Notes under the pieces: model-generated
The model's database searches: none
Told to the model about the DNA's origin: nothing
What the model saw: the letters and a program-made list of their open reading frames with translations, nothing else
Part shown: positions 20,101 to 29,706 of the stretch, in pieces
How positions within the stretch are numbered: position 1 is the stretch's first letter
How the letters are laid out: each line of letters opens with the position of its first letter
DNA from: a virus
Lineage: Duplodnaviria > Caudoviricetes
IMG/VR virus record: IMGVR_UViG_3300010356_002872
Coordinates: 1-64,000 of that record
DNA: 64,000 nt
Direction: 5' to 3' (one strand)
Program-made: the position numbers and the translations under genes

Positions 20101-20514
20101 TTAACTCCGTTTCAAGCTTCCCTTTTTCTTCTTGGTCCCACCCATGGCCTTGATCTTGATTGGGCCTTTCGCGGCTTCTTCTTCGAGAACACGCTTAATT
20201 TTGTCAGTCTTCTGCTTGGAGCGATCTTTCTCTCCGGGCATAAGAACGTTTTTAAGCTCGTCCAGAGTCTTCTTAAAGGCGTCTCCGGAGTTGCCCCCAC
20301 CGCCGCCCCCAGCCACGCTTGCTGAAATGGTGTTACCTACTGCAATGATAGCATTAACGATCGTCAAGGTCGTCAGATAACGGGTGTAGTTTTCATGCAT
20401 GACCGCTTCGATAGCGAGGGCTTCCTTCACGCTATCGGGCGGCAAGTCAATGTTTTTTAGGAGAAGCTGAGCCCTAGCCCGCCCAACTGGCGATTCTAGG
20501 GCTTGTCTAAAAAA
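20101..20514 (-). CDS. Tail assembly chaperone T segment (reached by -1 frameshift)
   Basis: -1 frame relative to 20496..21221, entered at T TTT TTA (20508-20514); no convincing independent start. Confidence 0.65.
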   Translation of the reverse strand, partial: FFRQALESPVGRARAQLLLKNIDLPPDSVKEALAIEAVMHENYTRYLTTLTIVNAIIAVGNTISASVAGGGGGGNSGDAFKKTLDELKNVLMPGEKDRSKQKTDKIKRVLEEEAAKGPIKIKAMGGTKKKKGSLKRS

Positions 20515-21221
20515 TATCCGTCCTTCTGAGAAAGGAGGATCTCGATATTCAGCACAAACTTCCAATACTTACTGGCGGCCTGGCTCAGCACGGCTGGGGA
20601 CATGATGCCTATAATATTTCTTTTTTCTTTAACTGTGGCGGCAACATCAATAATGCGCTCTTTAGTTTTATCGCTTTCTTTAAACTTAGGCTTACAAATT
20701 GGCATGTTATTAATCTTTTGGAGAGCACACGCCAAAGCCCACATTTGTTTTCTGTTGTTAAACCCATCCATCGTCATCTCAACAAATTTTGTATCTATCG
20801 CTAAGAGAGAGTCAACGACATCGTTCTCTTCCGCCGTCAGAGTGCGAACTGTGACCGTAAAAGGTTTGTTTGTCTTCTTAATGGGATCCGGCATGTAAGC
20901 AACCGTAAGCGTTTTCTCTACGTAGCCTTTAAAGAAAATACTGCTCCAGTCTTCAGGAGTCATCTCGATGCCTAGGTCAGAAAGCTCCTTCAACGCCATC
21001 TGGGCGGGGGTAGACGGCTCGTCGTTCTTAACGTCCGTGCTATCTCGCTCGACAGAAGAAACATCGAAGCCATCGTCTTCCACCGGTACCTGAGGACCGG
21101 CCGCGACCGCTTCTGGTTTTTTACGGTCTTCCATTTTTGACTTAACGAGTTCAGGATCAATTTCGGGAGGGATGCCAAAAGAGCCTTTTTGGAAGGATTG
21201 CGCGGACTGACCAACTTTCAT
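20496..21221 (-). CDS. Tail assembly chaperone G
   Basis: VRTLT..E motif, AAGGAG RBS, slippery heptamer just before the stop, upstream of the tape measure gene. Confidence 0.7.
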   Translation of the reverse strand: MKVGQSAQSFQKGSFGIPPEIDPELVKSKMEDRKKPEAVAAGPQVPVEDDGFDVSSVERDSTDVKNDEPSTPAQMALKELSDLGIEMTPEDWSSIFFKGYVEKTLTVAYMPDPIKKTNKPFTVTVRTLTAEENDVVDSLLAIDTKFVEMTMDGFNNRKQMWALACALQKINNMPICKPKFKESDKTKERIIDVAATVKEKRNIIGIMSPAVLSQAASKYWKFVLNIEILLSQKDGYFLDKP

Positions 21222-21239
21222 CGAATGTTTCTCCTTTAG

Positions 21240-21248
21240 GGTATAAGT
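21240..21248 (+). promoter_or_regulatory. Variant of the phage promoter motif (GGTATAAGT)
   Basis: Lies in the 49-bp divergent gap upstream of the plus-strand arm. Confidence 0.5.
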
Positions 21249-21270
21249 CTCCAGGGAGAAATCTTACTTT

Positions 21271-21786
21271 ATGGAGGAACCAATGGCAACGACTACCCTT
21301 TTATCTTTTTGTCCCAAGTGCAGTGCTGAGTTACCTGTGGGTACTAAAGAAAAATGCCCCACCTGCTCCACGATCATCTACCCGAAAGCAAATAAATACT
21401 TCGATACCCCGGACTACCTTTGGTACCAGCGTGACGACCAGTTAGCAAACTTCGACCCAACGCACAACAGATCCCAGACAAAGGTCCTTGATCTGACAAA
21501 GATCGAGGAGGTCGAAGACGAACTTGTAGCGTGGGCAAGAAGCTGCCCGGCGGACGACCGCATTGCAGCACTCAGAGACGCGCAGGTACTCCTCTCTAAC
21601 GCAGTGCACGCGCCGCTTTCCGCAAGAGAGCTGCAGCAACTTACGTCTCTTGGCAAAGAGATCGGAAAACTTTCACAGTCAATTGAAGACTTTTTCAGAC
21701 ACGGAGGATCCATACATGACAGAAAAGCTGGACGAGTTCGCCCCCTCCCAACGGATGATAACGGGGGTAACGAGGCAACTGGTTAA
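21271..21786 (+). CDS. Zinc-ribbon hypothetical protein
   Basis: CPKC...CPTC. Confidence 0.6.
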   Translation: MEEPMATTTLLSFCPKCSAELPVGTKEKCPTCSTIIYPKANKYFDTPDYLWYQRDDQLANFDPTHNRSQTKVLDLTKIEEVEDELVAWARSCPADDRIAALRDAQVLLSNAVHAPLSARELQQLTSLGKEIGKLSQSIEDFFRHGGSIHDRKAGRVRPLPTDDNGGNEATG

Positions 21787-22282
21787 GGCCGGCATCCCCA
21801 TGGAGAATATCCCCCACGAGTGGGTGGATGTTATCCTGGCGGGGACCTTAAAATGGATGACAACTTCATTAGAAGGCACAGAGGAGACATTAGGAAGATT
21901 AAAGTTTGACCTGTACCCAGCAGACTCCACTAAAGAGTATGTGGTTGAAGACCCTGGTAGTACTACAGCGCGCATAGTATCTTCAGACGACATATTTTTT
22001 GTTCGCGGTGCTATCGCTTCCGGAGAGCCTATCTCCTTCAAACAATTGGCAATCTCAGACAAAGACAAGAACCAGTGCGAAGACTGCGGCATAGTTTCCC
22101 ATTGTCTTCTTGACGTAAGAGATCCAAGCTCTGGTAGAATCAAAGATCTATGTAACTTCTGCGTAGCTTTCCACGAGAATCCTCGTGTGAACGATTTGGC
22201 TACAAAGGAAACATGCCGCTCCTGTACAGTGGCAAATTGCATCCATAACCCAGCACGGCTTGGCCTAACACGCCAGGCCTAA
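21716..22282 (+). CDS. Cys-rich hypothetical protein
   Basis: ATG at 21716 behind GGAGG; CxxC pairs at the C-terminus. Confidence 0.6.
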   Translation: MTEKLDEFAPSQRMITGVTRQLVKAGIPMENIPHEWVDVILAGTLKWMTTSLEGTEETLGRLKFDLYPADSTKEYVVEDPGSTTARIVSSDDIFFVRGAIASGEPISFKQLAISDKDKNQCEDCGIVSHCLLDVRDPSSGRIKDLCNFCVAFHENPRVNDLATKETCRSCTVANCIHNPARLGLTRQA

Positions 22283-22311
22283 TTTTTCGGAAATACATTT
22301 GAAGGTGACAC

Positions 22312-24219
22312 ATGGCAGAACCGAGTTTTTTTGTGTGGAAAGACGTCATCGTTCTGAAACCGGGGGCAACCCTAATCCCCGATGAAAGTGGATTAAACGA
22401 CTACCCAGATCTCGCCCCGTTCGGAAGGTACAACAAAAAGTTTCAAGGTTTTCTCTTTGCGTTCAGTGTCGGTAATCTAAAGAGAATCCACAGCTCTCTT
22501 GGAAAGATTAAGGTCACTGGCGGTCAGAAACAAATTGAAGAACTTCGCGAAGAGTACAAACAATTTCAGCTCCATGAAAAAAGAGCCGTTGAAATAAAAA
22601 CCCTACCGATAGAGTCCCTTCCTAAAATTAACTACAAAATGCCGCCTCTTGGGGACTACCAACACAGAGAAGTTATATATCTGTGCGAGGTTCCTGAGGG
22701 TCCTTTGTTTGCAGACTGTGGCTTAGGGAAAACCTTCTGTGTTCTCGTCTCAACCGAAGAACAATTCAGACGCGGCATTGTTCGCAGGGGTAAGGTCCTC
22801 ATTGCAGCAAAGCTCGCGACTCTATTTGGTAACTGGATGGAGGACGCAGAAAAGTTCACAGATCTCAAGGTAAACTGCCTCTGGGCTCCCACGGGTAAAA
22901 AGAAGAGAGACCTCATTTTAAAAAAGCTTGAAGAAGACGCAGATGTTTACCTCATTAACCATGATGGCATACGGGTGTATGAGGATGAACTCGCCGAAAA
23001 GGGGTTTGAAAAGATAGTGGTTGATGAAAGCACGATCTTAAAAAGCTTCCGCTCGGAAAAAGCGCAAAAGGGAGGAGCTTTCGGGAAGGCTCTCATGAAC
23101 GTCGCCAGGAACGCGAGATGGCGAGTGGTCATGAGCGGTACCCCCGCACCGAACGGAGTGCACGATCTGTGGGGGCAGTTTAAGTTTATTGACCCTCGCG
23201 GATTTAAGCTGGAACCGAGCTTCTATGACTTCCGTCAGCTTTATATGGAGGAGGTGAAGTTTGGAAGAGATCAGATTGTTTCGGCACAGGAGGGGGAAAC
23301 TTCCGACAAATCCATCATAAAGGCCCCGTCGACCTGGAGGCCTACAAGGGACGGAACTGCGGAGGTAAGCCGTCTTATAAAAGACCTGACCTTTAGAGTT
23401 AGGATGGAGGATCATCTCAAGGACCTTCCTCCCAAAACCACCATGAAACGCATTATAGATATGAGCATCGAGCAAGACGAACACTACCGTAGGCTGGCGG
23501 AAGAGTTCTTTACGGTGATCGGAGGAGAGACCGTGACCGTTTCGATGAAGTTAACCCTTATGGGTAAATTTCGGCAGGTCACCGGGGGGTTTCTCTATGA
23601 CGCCCTAAAGACAGCTCACCCAATCGAAGGTACAAATCCAAAGTTCTTTGAGATGGATAGCATCCTTGAAGACGAGATCGGAAGAAAGAAGGTAATCGTA
23701 TTTGCTCAATATGAGTACGAGATTGAAGCCCTCCGTTCTCGGTATAAGGACAGAAACCCCCTAACTGTATATGGCGGAAACTCAAGCAAGGTAAATCTTG
23801 AGAACCTCGATCGTTTTAAAAACGACCCCGACGTCCTCATGCTTATCCTGCACCCACGCTCTGCAGCGCACGGAGTGAACCTCACGAACGCACACTACAT
23901 GATTTTTTACTCTATGAGCTTCTCAGCAGAGGAAGACTACCAAGCGGTTAAGCGTATCGAGAGGGCGGGCCAAAAAAGCGCCATGTTTGTTTATTACCTT
24001 TTATGTGAGGACTCTATTGATGAGTACATTTTTAAAGTGGTGCAGGATAAGCACAAAGATCAGGCAGCTCTCATAGATGAGGGGAAAGTAGTGAGTGAAA
24101 GCACGGCCACGGAAGAGCTGTGGAACGACATGACAGGGCACCTAACGAGTAAGTATCCGAAACTATCAAAAGCTATCCAGAGGAGGGAAGTGAAAGATGA
24201 CACCGCAGGAAAAGACTAG
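22312..24219 (+). CDS. SNF2-family helicase
   Basis: GLGKT, VVDES, SGTP, HGVNLT and Q..KRIERAGQ motifs. Confidence 0.9.
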   Translation: MAEPSFFVWKDVIVLKPGATLIPDESGLNDYPDLAPFGRYNKKFQGFLFAFSVGNLKRIHSSLGKIKVTGGQKQIEELREEYKQFQLHEKRAVEIKTLPIESLPKINYKMPPLGDYQHREVIYLCEVPEGPLFADCGLGKTFCVLVSTEEQFRRGIVRRGKVLIAAKLATLFGNWMEDAEKFTDLKVNCLWAPTGKKKRDLILKKLEEDADVYLINHDGIRVYEDELAEKGFEKIVVDESTILKSFRSEKAQKGGAFGKALMNVARNARWRVVMSGTPAPNGVHDLWGQFKFIDPRGFKLEPSFYDFRQLYMEEVKFGRDQIVSAQEGETSDKSIIKAPSTWRPTRDGTAEVSRLIKDLTFRVRMEDHLKDLPPKTTMKRIIDMSIEQDEHYRRLAEEFFTVIGGETVTVSMKLTLMGKFRQVTGGFLYDALKTAHPIEGTNPKFFEMDSILEDEIGRKKVIVFAQYEYEIEALRSRYKDRNPLTVYGGNSSKVNLENLDRFKNDPDVLMLILHPRSAAHGVNLTNAHYMIFYSMSFSAEEDYQAVKRIERAGQKSAMFVYYLLCEDSIDEYIFKVVQDKHKDQAALIDEGKVVSESTATEELWNDMTGHLTSKYPKLSKAIQRREVKDDTAGKD

Positions 24220-27200
24220 GCTCTACCGAGGCATGTTTTTCGGTAGACAGGACGTCTACGGGAAGAAGATCGAGTTTGTAAACAAAGAGGACGGGACCAC
24301 GAGGGCGATCTATGCACCCGTGTGCGGTAACTTCTGGTCTCAGGGATGCCACATCAAGAACAAAACAGGTATTACCTGTGAAGGGTGTGAGATCCGGCAG
24401 AATGAGCCCGTCAGCGATGAATCAATTGCAAAGCACCTTCGGGGTGAAGAGCAGCATATTCAGTACGTCCTTCAAAAAGACGGGACAATCAAGTTTGCGG
24501 CGATTGACCTCGACCTTAAGCCCGGTAAAGAAGACAAGGGGTACACGTGGGATGATGTGAAAAGGCTTTCCCTGCAGCTAGACACCTGGGAGATACCCCA
24601 TGCGATCGCCAGGTCTACGACCATGGGCTTTCACGTGTATATGTTTTTCGAAGAGTTCTACTCAGCTGACAAATTTCGCTCTATCATGCTGGAAGTCTTT
24701 AACCGAATTGGGTTTATGACCTACCTGCAGATGCAGCAAAAGCCATTAGCCGAGATCTTCCCAAAGCAGGGATTCGTCCCAGATGGTGGGCTGGGAAACG
24801 GCATCAAGACCCCCATGATTGTCTCAAGTTACCCGAAAGAGAGAAACGGCTGGGTAACCAAAGAAAACGAATGGATTGGGGCCGGCAAGGAGCTTGCAGA
24901 GGTAATCGAGGATCAGTGGGAATTCTTTAAGAATATCCCCCTGGTGGCTTCCAAGCACCTTGATGACCTCATCGAGCGCGAGAGCATTCAGGTTTTCTAT
25001 GATAACCCCATCGCAAACAAAGGGTCCAAGGGAGCGAGTTCGTACCTTGAGCACTACACATCAGGCCGTAGCGGGAAGTGGCAGCCACCTCTCTCGGGGT
25101 CCATCGAAAAGGTCCTTGAGGGGTGCGCAGCATTCCGTGGAATCCGGGATAAGTGCCTTAAGGGAGTGGTCCCGAGCCACCAGGAAGGGTTCTCGCTGTA
25201 TCACTTAGCCATGCATACTTTGGACGGTCTTGAGTGGTTTGATCAGCACGTCCCAGGGTGGGGTAAAACTGCTGCTGAGAGAAAGCAGCTCGAGTACTCC
25301 ATCAAAAAGGACTACGCGCCGTCGACTTGCAAAACCATGCAGAATAACGGGATTTGCGTTGCCGGAACACAGTGCTTTAAAAAGAAGCCTCCTGTCGAGA
25401 CTGTGGAGGGGAAGACGGTTGTCCGAGACGACATCCCTGAGTCAAAATGGGCCGAGCCGTCTCCAATCCGGTATGCCTTTGGTAAGGGAGAGGACTACCT
25501 CAAGAAGCTCCAAGAAGAGGCTCTGGAGGCTGCAAAGATCACCGATAAAATCGAACGGCACAAGGTCCTCTACGACTTAGCCATGAGATCGCAGGTCTTT
25601 GACGTCGATCAGATCAAAGAGTTCAAGCAGTTTCTAAAGGACAACAAGATCCTCAAGATGGGTGAGATGTCACGGCTTTTTGCGGAAGCCTCTGACAAAG
25701 TCGAAGAGGGCATGAAAAAGAAGGCCGGTGATCGGTCCGACACCGTTGGGGTTGATGATAACCTTTACCAAAAGCTTAAGCCTTATGGTTACTCACTGCT
25801 AAGACCGGCGAAGGGCGGTAAGTTTAAGGAGATCAAGCTGTGCAGCATGGACGTTGTCATCGAGGAGGTGAAAACCTATCTGGACGAGGACCGTCAGGTT
25901 GACGCTGTGTTCAAGGGTAAACTTATCGGCGAGCGGTTTGAGAGGAAGTTTGAAATACCAGTGGATAAGTGGGCGGAGGATGGTGAGCTTTTAAAGCTCT
26001 TCACGGTTGTTGCTACAAACCACTGTACCGTTATGCGGGCAAACGTGCCGTTTATACGGCAAGCCGCAATAGCGTACTCAAACTATTCGGGTGTAGAGAC
26101 TACGAACTGTCTGGTAGCTCAGGGGTGGCACGGGCCTAACTATATGATGCCATCATGCATCATAGGAAAAGAAGGGATCCGCCCAAACACAGAGCAAAAC
26201 GTGGACCTGTCAAGAAAAGAGTTCGCAAAGCATCTTGACTTCGAGATCCTGTCCGACGACGAGTTCAAAGAAATCTTAATGCATATCAAGACGGACTTCT
26301 TAAACGCATGGCCTAGGCTTTGGACTACGGTAGCGCTCTCCCACGCGCTAACACCTGCAATCCTAAAACCTCTTGGTAGCTCGTTTAATAAAAAGCCCAC
26401 TCTTTTCTTTGAAGGCCTTACGGGTACCGGAAAGACCGAGCTAGTGCACACGACACAGTATTTTTGGGGTGACTTCCCGCAGATCCTAAACCTCTTATCC
26501 TCTGGTAAGGGAATTATGGACGTGGGGCATGACTTCAAAGATGCTTTCCTGGCGGTGGACGACTTTAAGGGGCTTACTTACTCGCAGACCCAGGCGGTAG
26601 AGAGCGTCATTCAGTATTCGTATGATGGTAACTCAACCATCAAAATGAATAAGAATATGACGCAAAACAAAGCCAAGGGCCCGCGAGCGATGTTCACCAT
26701 GACAGGCGAGCAGTTTCTCTCGTCCGACGCAGCTATGGTAGCAAGGTGTATCATCATCCAGTCTAAGAGACAGAACACTCTTTTGACTAAGGACTTCTAC
26801 CAGCAGTGCCTTACCCACCGTCCAAAGTACAGCGGTATAACAGCAAGGTTCATACACTGGTTTTTAAACAACGGCGCCTACGTCGCAAAAGACATATTTG
26901 AGGAGGTGAAAAACAGAATATTTAAGTCCGTGCATTCACGCCAAAACGCGAATCGAATTACCTACAACCTCGCCCTAAATCATACAGTCTGGAACATGTT
27001 CGTAAAGTTCATGCGACATAACGACGTCCTCACGCACAACGAGGAGAACGAAATGATTGCAGAGCACTTGGAGTACGTGGATCAGCTATGCTTTGAAATG
27101 ATTAAGCTCTGTGAAGAGGAGGAGAACTGTTGGGTAATCCTTCACCTTCTTAAGCAGATGCTTGACGGCGGAGAAGTGGTTATTAGAGGCTGGGGCAGAG

Positions 27201-27550
27201 GTCAGGATAACCCCCGCGGCAAGACGGTGGGGTTTCTTAGAAAGGACGGGTTCGTCTGTCTTTACCCTGATATTGTTCTCGAATCTGTCAAAGGGTTCGC
27301 AAGGAACATGCACCTCAGGGGTACTGTGCGTTCAATCGGGCGTCAGCTTAAGGATGAGGGGATTCTTCTAGAGACAGACCCAGGTCGTTTTCAGAAGAAT
27401 GTTAAGATTAACGGCTATGGCAACAAAGTATGGGTGGTGGACAAAAAGTCCGTCTGGTACGACGCAGGAGATGATACAAGTCCTCTTATGAACGTAAACC
27501 TTACATTTGAAGCTAGTGCCGAGAGTCAGAGGTTAGACGGTATTCTTTGA
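24197..27550 (+). CDS. AEP primase (TOTE-type) fused to a PriL-like Cys domain and a P-loop helicase
   Basis: F.GRQDVY, AAIDLD and GFHVYMFF AEP motifs; C...H...P.TC......IC.....C cluster; GLTGTGKT Walker A and VDD Walker B. Confidence 0.8.
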   Translation: MTPQEKTRLYRGMFFGRQDVYGKKIEFVNKEDGTTRAIYAPVCGNFWSQGCHIKNKTGITCEGCEIRQNEPVSDESIAKHLRGEEQHIQYVLQKDGTIKFAAIDLDLKPGKEDKGYTWDDVKRLSLQLDTWEIPHAIARSTTMGFHVYMFFEEFYSADKFRSIMLEVFNRIGFMTYLQMQQKPLAEIFPKQGFVPDGGLGNGIKTPMIVSSYPKERNGWVTKENEWIGAGKELAEVIEDQWEFFKNIPLVASKHLDDLIERESIQVFYDNPIANKGSKGASSYLEHYTSGRSGKWQPPLSGSIEKVLEGCAAFRGIRDKCLKGVVPSHQEGFSLYHLAMHTLDGLEWFDQHVPGWGKTAAERKQLEYSIKKDYAPSTCKTMQNNGICVAGTQCFKKKPPVETVEGKTVVRDDIPESKWAEPSPIRYAFGKGEDYLKKLQEEALEAAKITDKIERHKVLYDLAMRSQVFDVDQIKEFKQFLKDNKILKMGEMSRLFAEASDKVEEGMKKKAGDRSDTVGVDDNLYQKLKPYGYSLLRPAKGGKFKEIKLCSMDVVIEEVKTYLDEDRQVDAVFKGKLIGERFERKFEIPVDKWAEDGELLKLFTVVATNHCTVMRANVPFIRQAAIAYSNYSGVETTNCLVAQGWHGPNYMMPSCIIGKEGIRPNTEQNVDLSRKEFAKHLDFEILSDDEFKEILMHIKTDFLNAWPRLWTTVALSHALTPAILKPLGSSFNKKPTLFFEGLTGTGKTELVHTTQYFWGDFPQILNLLSSGKGIMDVGHDFKDAFLAVDDFKGLTYSQTQAVESVIQYSYDGNSTIKMNKNMTQNKAKGPRAMFTMTGEQFLSSDAAMVARCIIIQSKRQNTLLTKDFYQQCLTHRPKYSGITARFIHWFLNNGAYVAKDIFEEVKNRIFKSVHSRQNANRITYNLALNHTVWNMFVKFMRHNDVLTHNEENEMIAEHLEYVDQLCFEMIKLCEEEENCWVILHLLKQMLDGGEVVIRGWGRGQDNPRGKTVGFLRKDGFVCLYPDIVLESVKGFARNMHLRGTVRSIGRQLKDEGILLETDPGRFQKNVKINGYGNKVWVVDKKSVWYDAGDDTSPLMNVNLTFEASAESQRLDGIL

Positions 27551-27568
27551 AAAAAGACCCCTAAAATT

Positions 27569-27617
27569 GGTATAAGAATGATGTAAAAGAAGTCATATCC
27601 ATCCGGGTATGGCTTCT
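27569..27617 (+). promoter_or_regulatory. GGTATAAGA promoter plus 5' hairpin (27588-27617)
   Basis: Recurrent motif; 13-bp stem with G-U pairs followed by a U-rich tract. Confidence 0.7.
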
Positions 27618-27674
27618 TTCTTCTTACGGCCACAATTTTTTTTAATCGATATACCCTTAAAGGAGGAGATGATT

Positions 27675-29288
27675 ATGAAAAAGATTACTTTGTTGATGCT
27701 TCTTAGTATCATGGGTTGTGACGAAGAGCAGCCCGCCGGTACCCAGGTTCCCGTGTCCCCTAGGAGTGAACAGCGTGAGACTGAACAGAGGCCAGTTGAT
27801 GGAGAGAGAAAGACCGCCGAAAACACTGATCCAGCGATTAGTACGGCGAGAGAACCAGTTGATAGCGTGGATGCTAACAGCGGGGTTACTGATGCTACTC
27901 CTGGTACTGTTAACAGCTCTGCTCTAAAACTGACCGCCGAAAACTGTGTTGACCCGAATCTGAATGAAGTGAAAGCTGGCGTGCAGCTGATGCTTTGTGA
28001 CGGGACTCTTGCTACTGGTACTCTTGCTATCCCCGATCCTGTTGTCCTGCCTGACCTCTCAAACCTTATTGCTGGTAACATCCGAGCTGGTGTTACGATC
28101 AATGGGGTTTCTGGTACTTTGGTGGAAGAAGGCCACGCAAGCTGCTCTGGTAACAACCAGACGGGTTGCGTCTCTACCACCACCTACCGCTCGGCTGACC
28201 TTTCAAACCTTCTGGCCCAAAACATTAAAAGCGGTGTAACCATCGCTGGCGTGTCTGGGTCGGTTTTGGAAGAAGGCCACTCGGACTGTTCTGCAAACGC
28301 CCAGACGGGGTGTGTTGCCACTGCAAGCTTCAAGGCTGCGGATCTTACGAACCTTCAGGCATCTAGCATCAAAGCGACTGTTACGATTGCCGGGGTTACT
28401 GGATCTCTTGCCGTGGAAGCCCACAGTGACTGTTCTGCAAACAGTGAAGTTGGGTGTGTTACAACTGCTACCTACAAAGCCGCGGATCTGTCTAACCTTT
28501 CAGCTGGTAACCTGAAGTCTGGTGTTTCGGTTGCTGGTGTTACTGGTAATTACCCATCTGCTACAAGCCCTCTTTCCGGCGCTACTGCTACGGCAGACCT
28601 TGACCTGGCTACCTTTAATGCCAAAATCAAGAGTGCTTCGGACTTTGAGTGGTTTGACGCTTACGGTAATCGCTATGTAAACGCCGGTGACGCAGACCTT
28701 ACGGCTGCCAACCTGGTTAAAGATGTCTCGGTCTTTGGTACAGTCGGTACAACGGAAGCTCTCGGTACAGTGGACTCTTGGGATATCCGAAAGGGAGTAA
28801 CGGTTGGCTCTGTTACGGGTACGATGAACGTCAATTGCCGAGACATCTCCGAAGCTGGCCCTGCTGCGGATAAGTGCTATGGTGACTCTTTTGTTGACGT
28901 GTCTGTACCAAGCTTTCCTTGCTCTGCTGGAAACAAGAGCAACTGTATCTTCAAAGATCGGATTTCTGGCCTTCAGTGGTCTAAGCAATTCGATGCCCAA
29001 ACCCACGCTAACGCTACCAACACCTGCGCTGCACTGAACATTAACGGAGTTACTGGGTGGCGTTTACCTGAGTTTACTGAGCTGGTCGTTGCAAGAAACA
29101 ATGGGTTTACACATAGCTTCTCCCCTTCAAACATTCTCCTCGTCGGGACGTATAATGGGGTAAGCCTAACGTCTTCTGCACACCCCACAGCTAACACACA
29201 GTGGGGTATTTTTATGCAGCATACCTCAGCGTACCGTACTGGGGGAGCGTCCGACGCCACCGCGTATCCGTTCTTTTGTGTCAAGTAA
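27675..29288 (+). CDS. Lipoprotein with 48-aa Cys repeats and a C-terminal DUF1566/Lcl (C-type lectin-fold) domain
   Basis: Lipobox IMGC; D..SGL.W......A...C..L...G..GWRLP...EL...CVK. Confidence 0.75.
   Translation: MKKITLLMLLSIMGCDEEQPAGTQVPVSPRSEQRETEQRPVDGERKTAENTDPAISTAREPVDSVDANSGVTDATPGTVNSSALKLTAENCVDPNLNEVKAGVQLMLCDGTLATGTLAIPDPVVLPDLSNLIAGNIRAGVTINGVSGTLVEEGHASCSGNNQTGCVSTTTYRSADLSNLLAQNIKSGVTIAGVSGSVLEEGHSDCSANAQTGCVATASFKAADLTNLQASSIKATVTIAGVTGSLAVEAHSDCSANSEVGCVTTATYKAADLSNLSAGNLKSGVSVAGVTGNYPSATSPLSGATATADLDLATFNAKIKSASDFEWFDAYGNRYVNAGDADLTAANLVKDVSVFGTVGTTEALGTVDSWDIRKGVTVGSVTGTMNVNCRDISEAGPAADKCYGDSFVDVSVPSFPCSAGNKSNCIFKDRISGLQWSKQFDAQTHANATNTCAALNINGVTGWRLPEFTELVVARNNGFTHSFSPSNILLVGTYNGVSLTSSAHPTANTQWGIFMQHTSAYRTGGASDATAYPFFCVK
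28053..28547 (+). repeat. About 3.4 intragenic tandem repeats of 144 nt (48 aa)
   Basis: DLSNL.A.NIK.GVTIAGV.G....E.H..CS.N...GCV.T...KAA repeated. Confidence 0.85.
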
Positions 29289-29318
29289 ACTCCTGATGAG
29301 AGTTACCTCCTATCGTAG

Positions 29319-29349
29319 GCCAGCCTCTCATCAGGGGGCTGGCATTTTT
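29319..29349 (+). terminator. Rho-independent terminator
   Basis: GCCAGCCTCT-CATC-AGGGGGCTGGC followed by a T tract. Confidence 0.6.
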
Positions 29350-29379
29350 CTAACCCTTAAATTTAAGAGGTACAAAAAT

Positions 29380-29688
29380 ATGAACAGCTTAAATTCAGAT
29401 ACCCCTGGGTCAAAGATGGTTTCGGTTTTGGATCGTGCAGCTAAAGAAGAGAGTGACTACCAGATAAAAGGAGAACTCATACTACTAAAAAGCAGGTTAA
29501 AGGTTGAGCTTGAGATTCTCTCTGGCCTAGACGATGTTAAAAAAGCAAGAGCTGAGGTCGGTCCTATAATCCTAGACTGTATCGCGGACGCCATCGAGCA
29601 GGCTCTTAGATCTTGCGGGTCACGGGAGAGAAAGCTCGCGTTCGTTCGGCACCTTGGTCATATGATCGAATGCGAAGACACGGACTGA
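29380..29688 (+). CDS. Hypothetical protein
   Basis: ATG at 29380 behind GAGG. Confidence 0.55.
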   Translation: MNSLNSDTPGSKMVSVLDRAAKEESDYQIKGELILLKSRLKVELEILSGLDDVKKARAEVGPIILDCIADAIEQALRSCGSRERKLAFVRHLGHMIECEDTD

Positions 29689-29706
29689 AATAACAGCACG
29701 TTTCTT

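Noticed and set aside
194-20898. Many plus-strand ORFs over the structural arm (and minus-strand ORFs over the replication arm)
   Set aside because: Antisense shadows of long genes, without RBS or recognisable motifs
27581-27586. ATG-TAA start-stop minigenes after three promoters (27581, 29719, 44438)
   Set aside because: The ATG lies only 4 nt after TATAAG, probably at or before +1, and other copies lack it; better explained as part of the promoter
29293-29340. Hammerhead ribozyme (CTGATGAG core)
   Set aside because: No GAAA partner after a stem II; the sequence is explained by an inverted repeat
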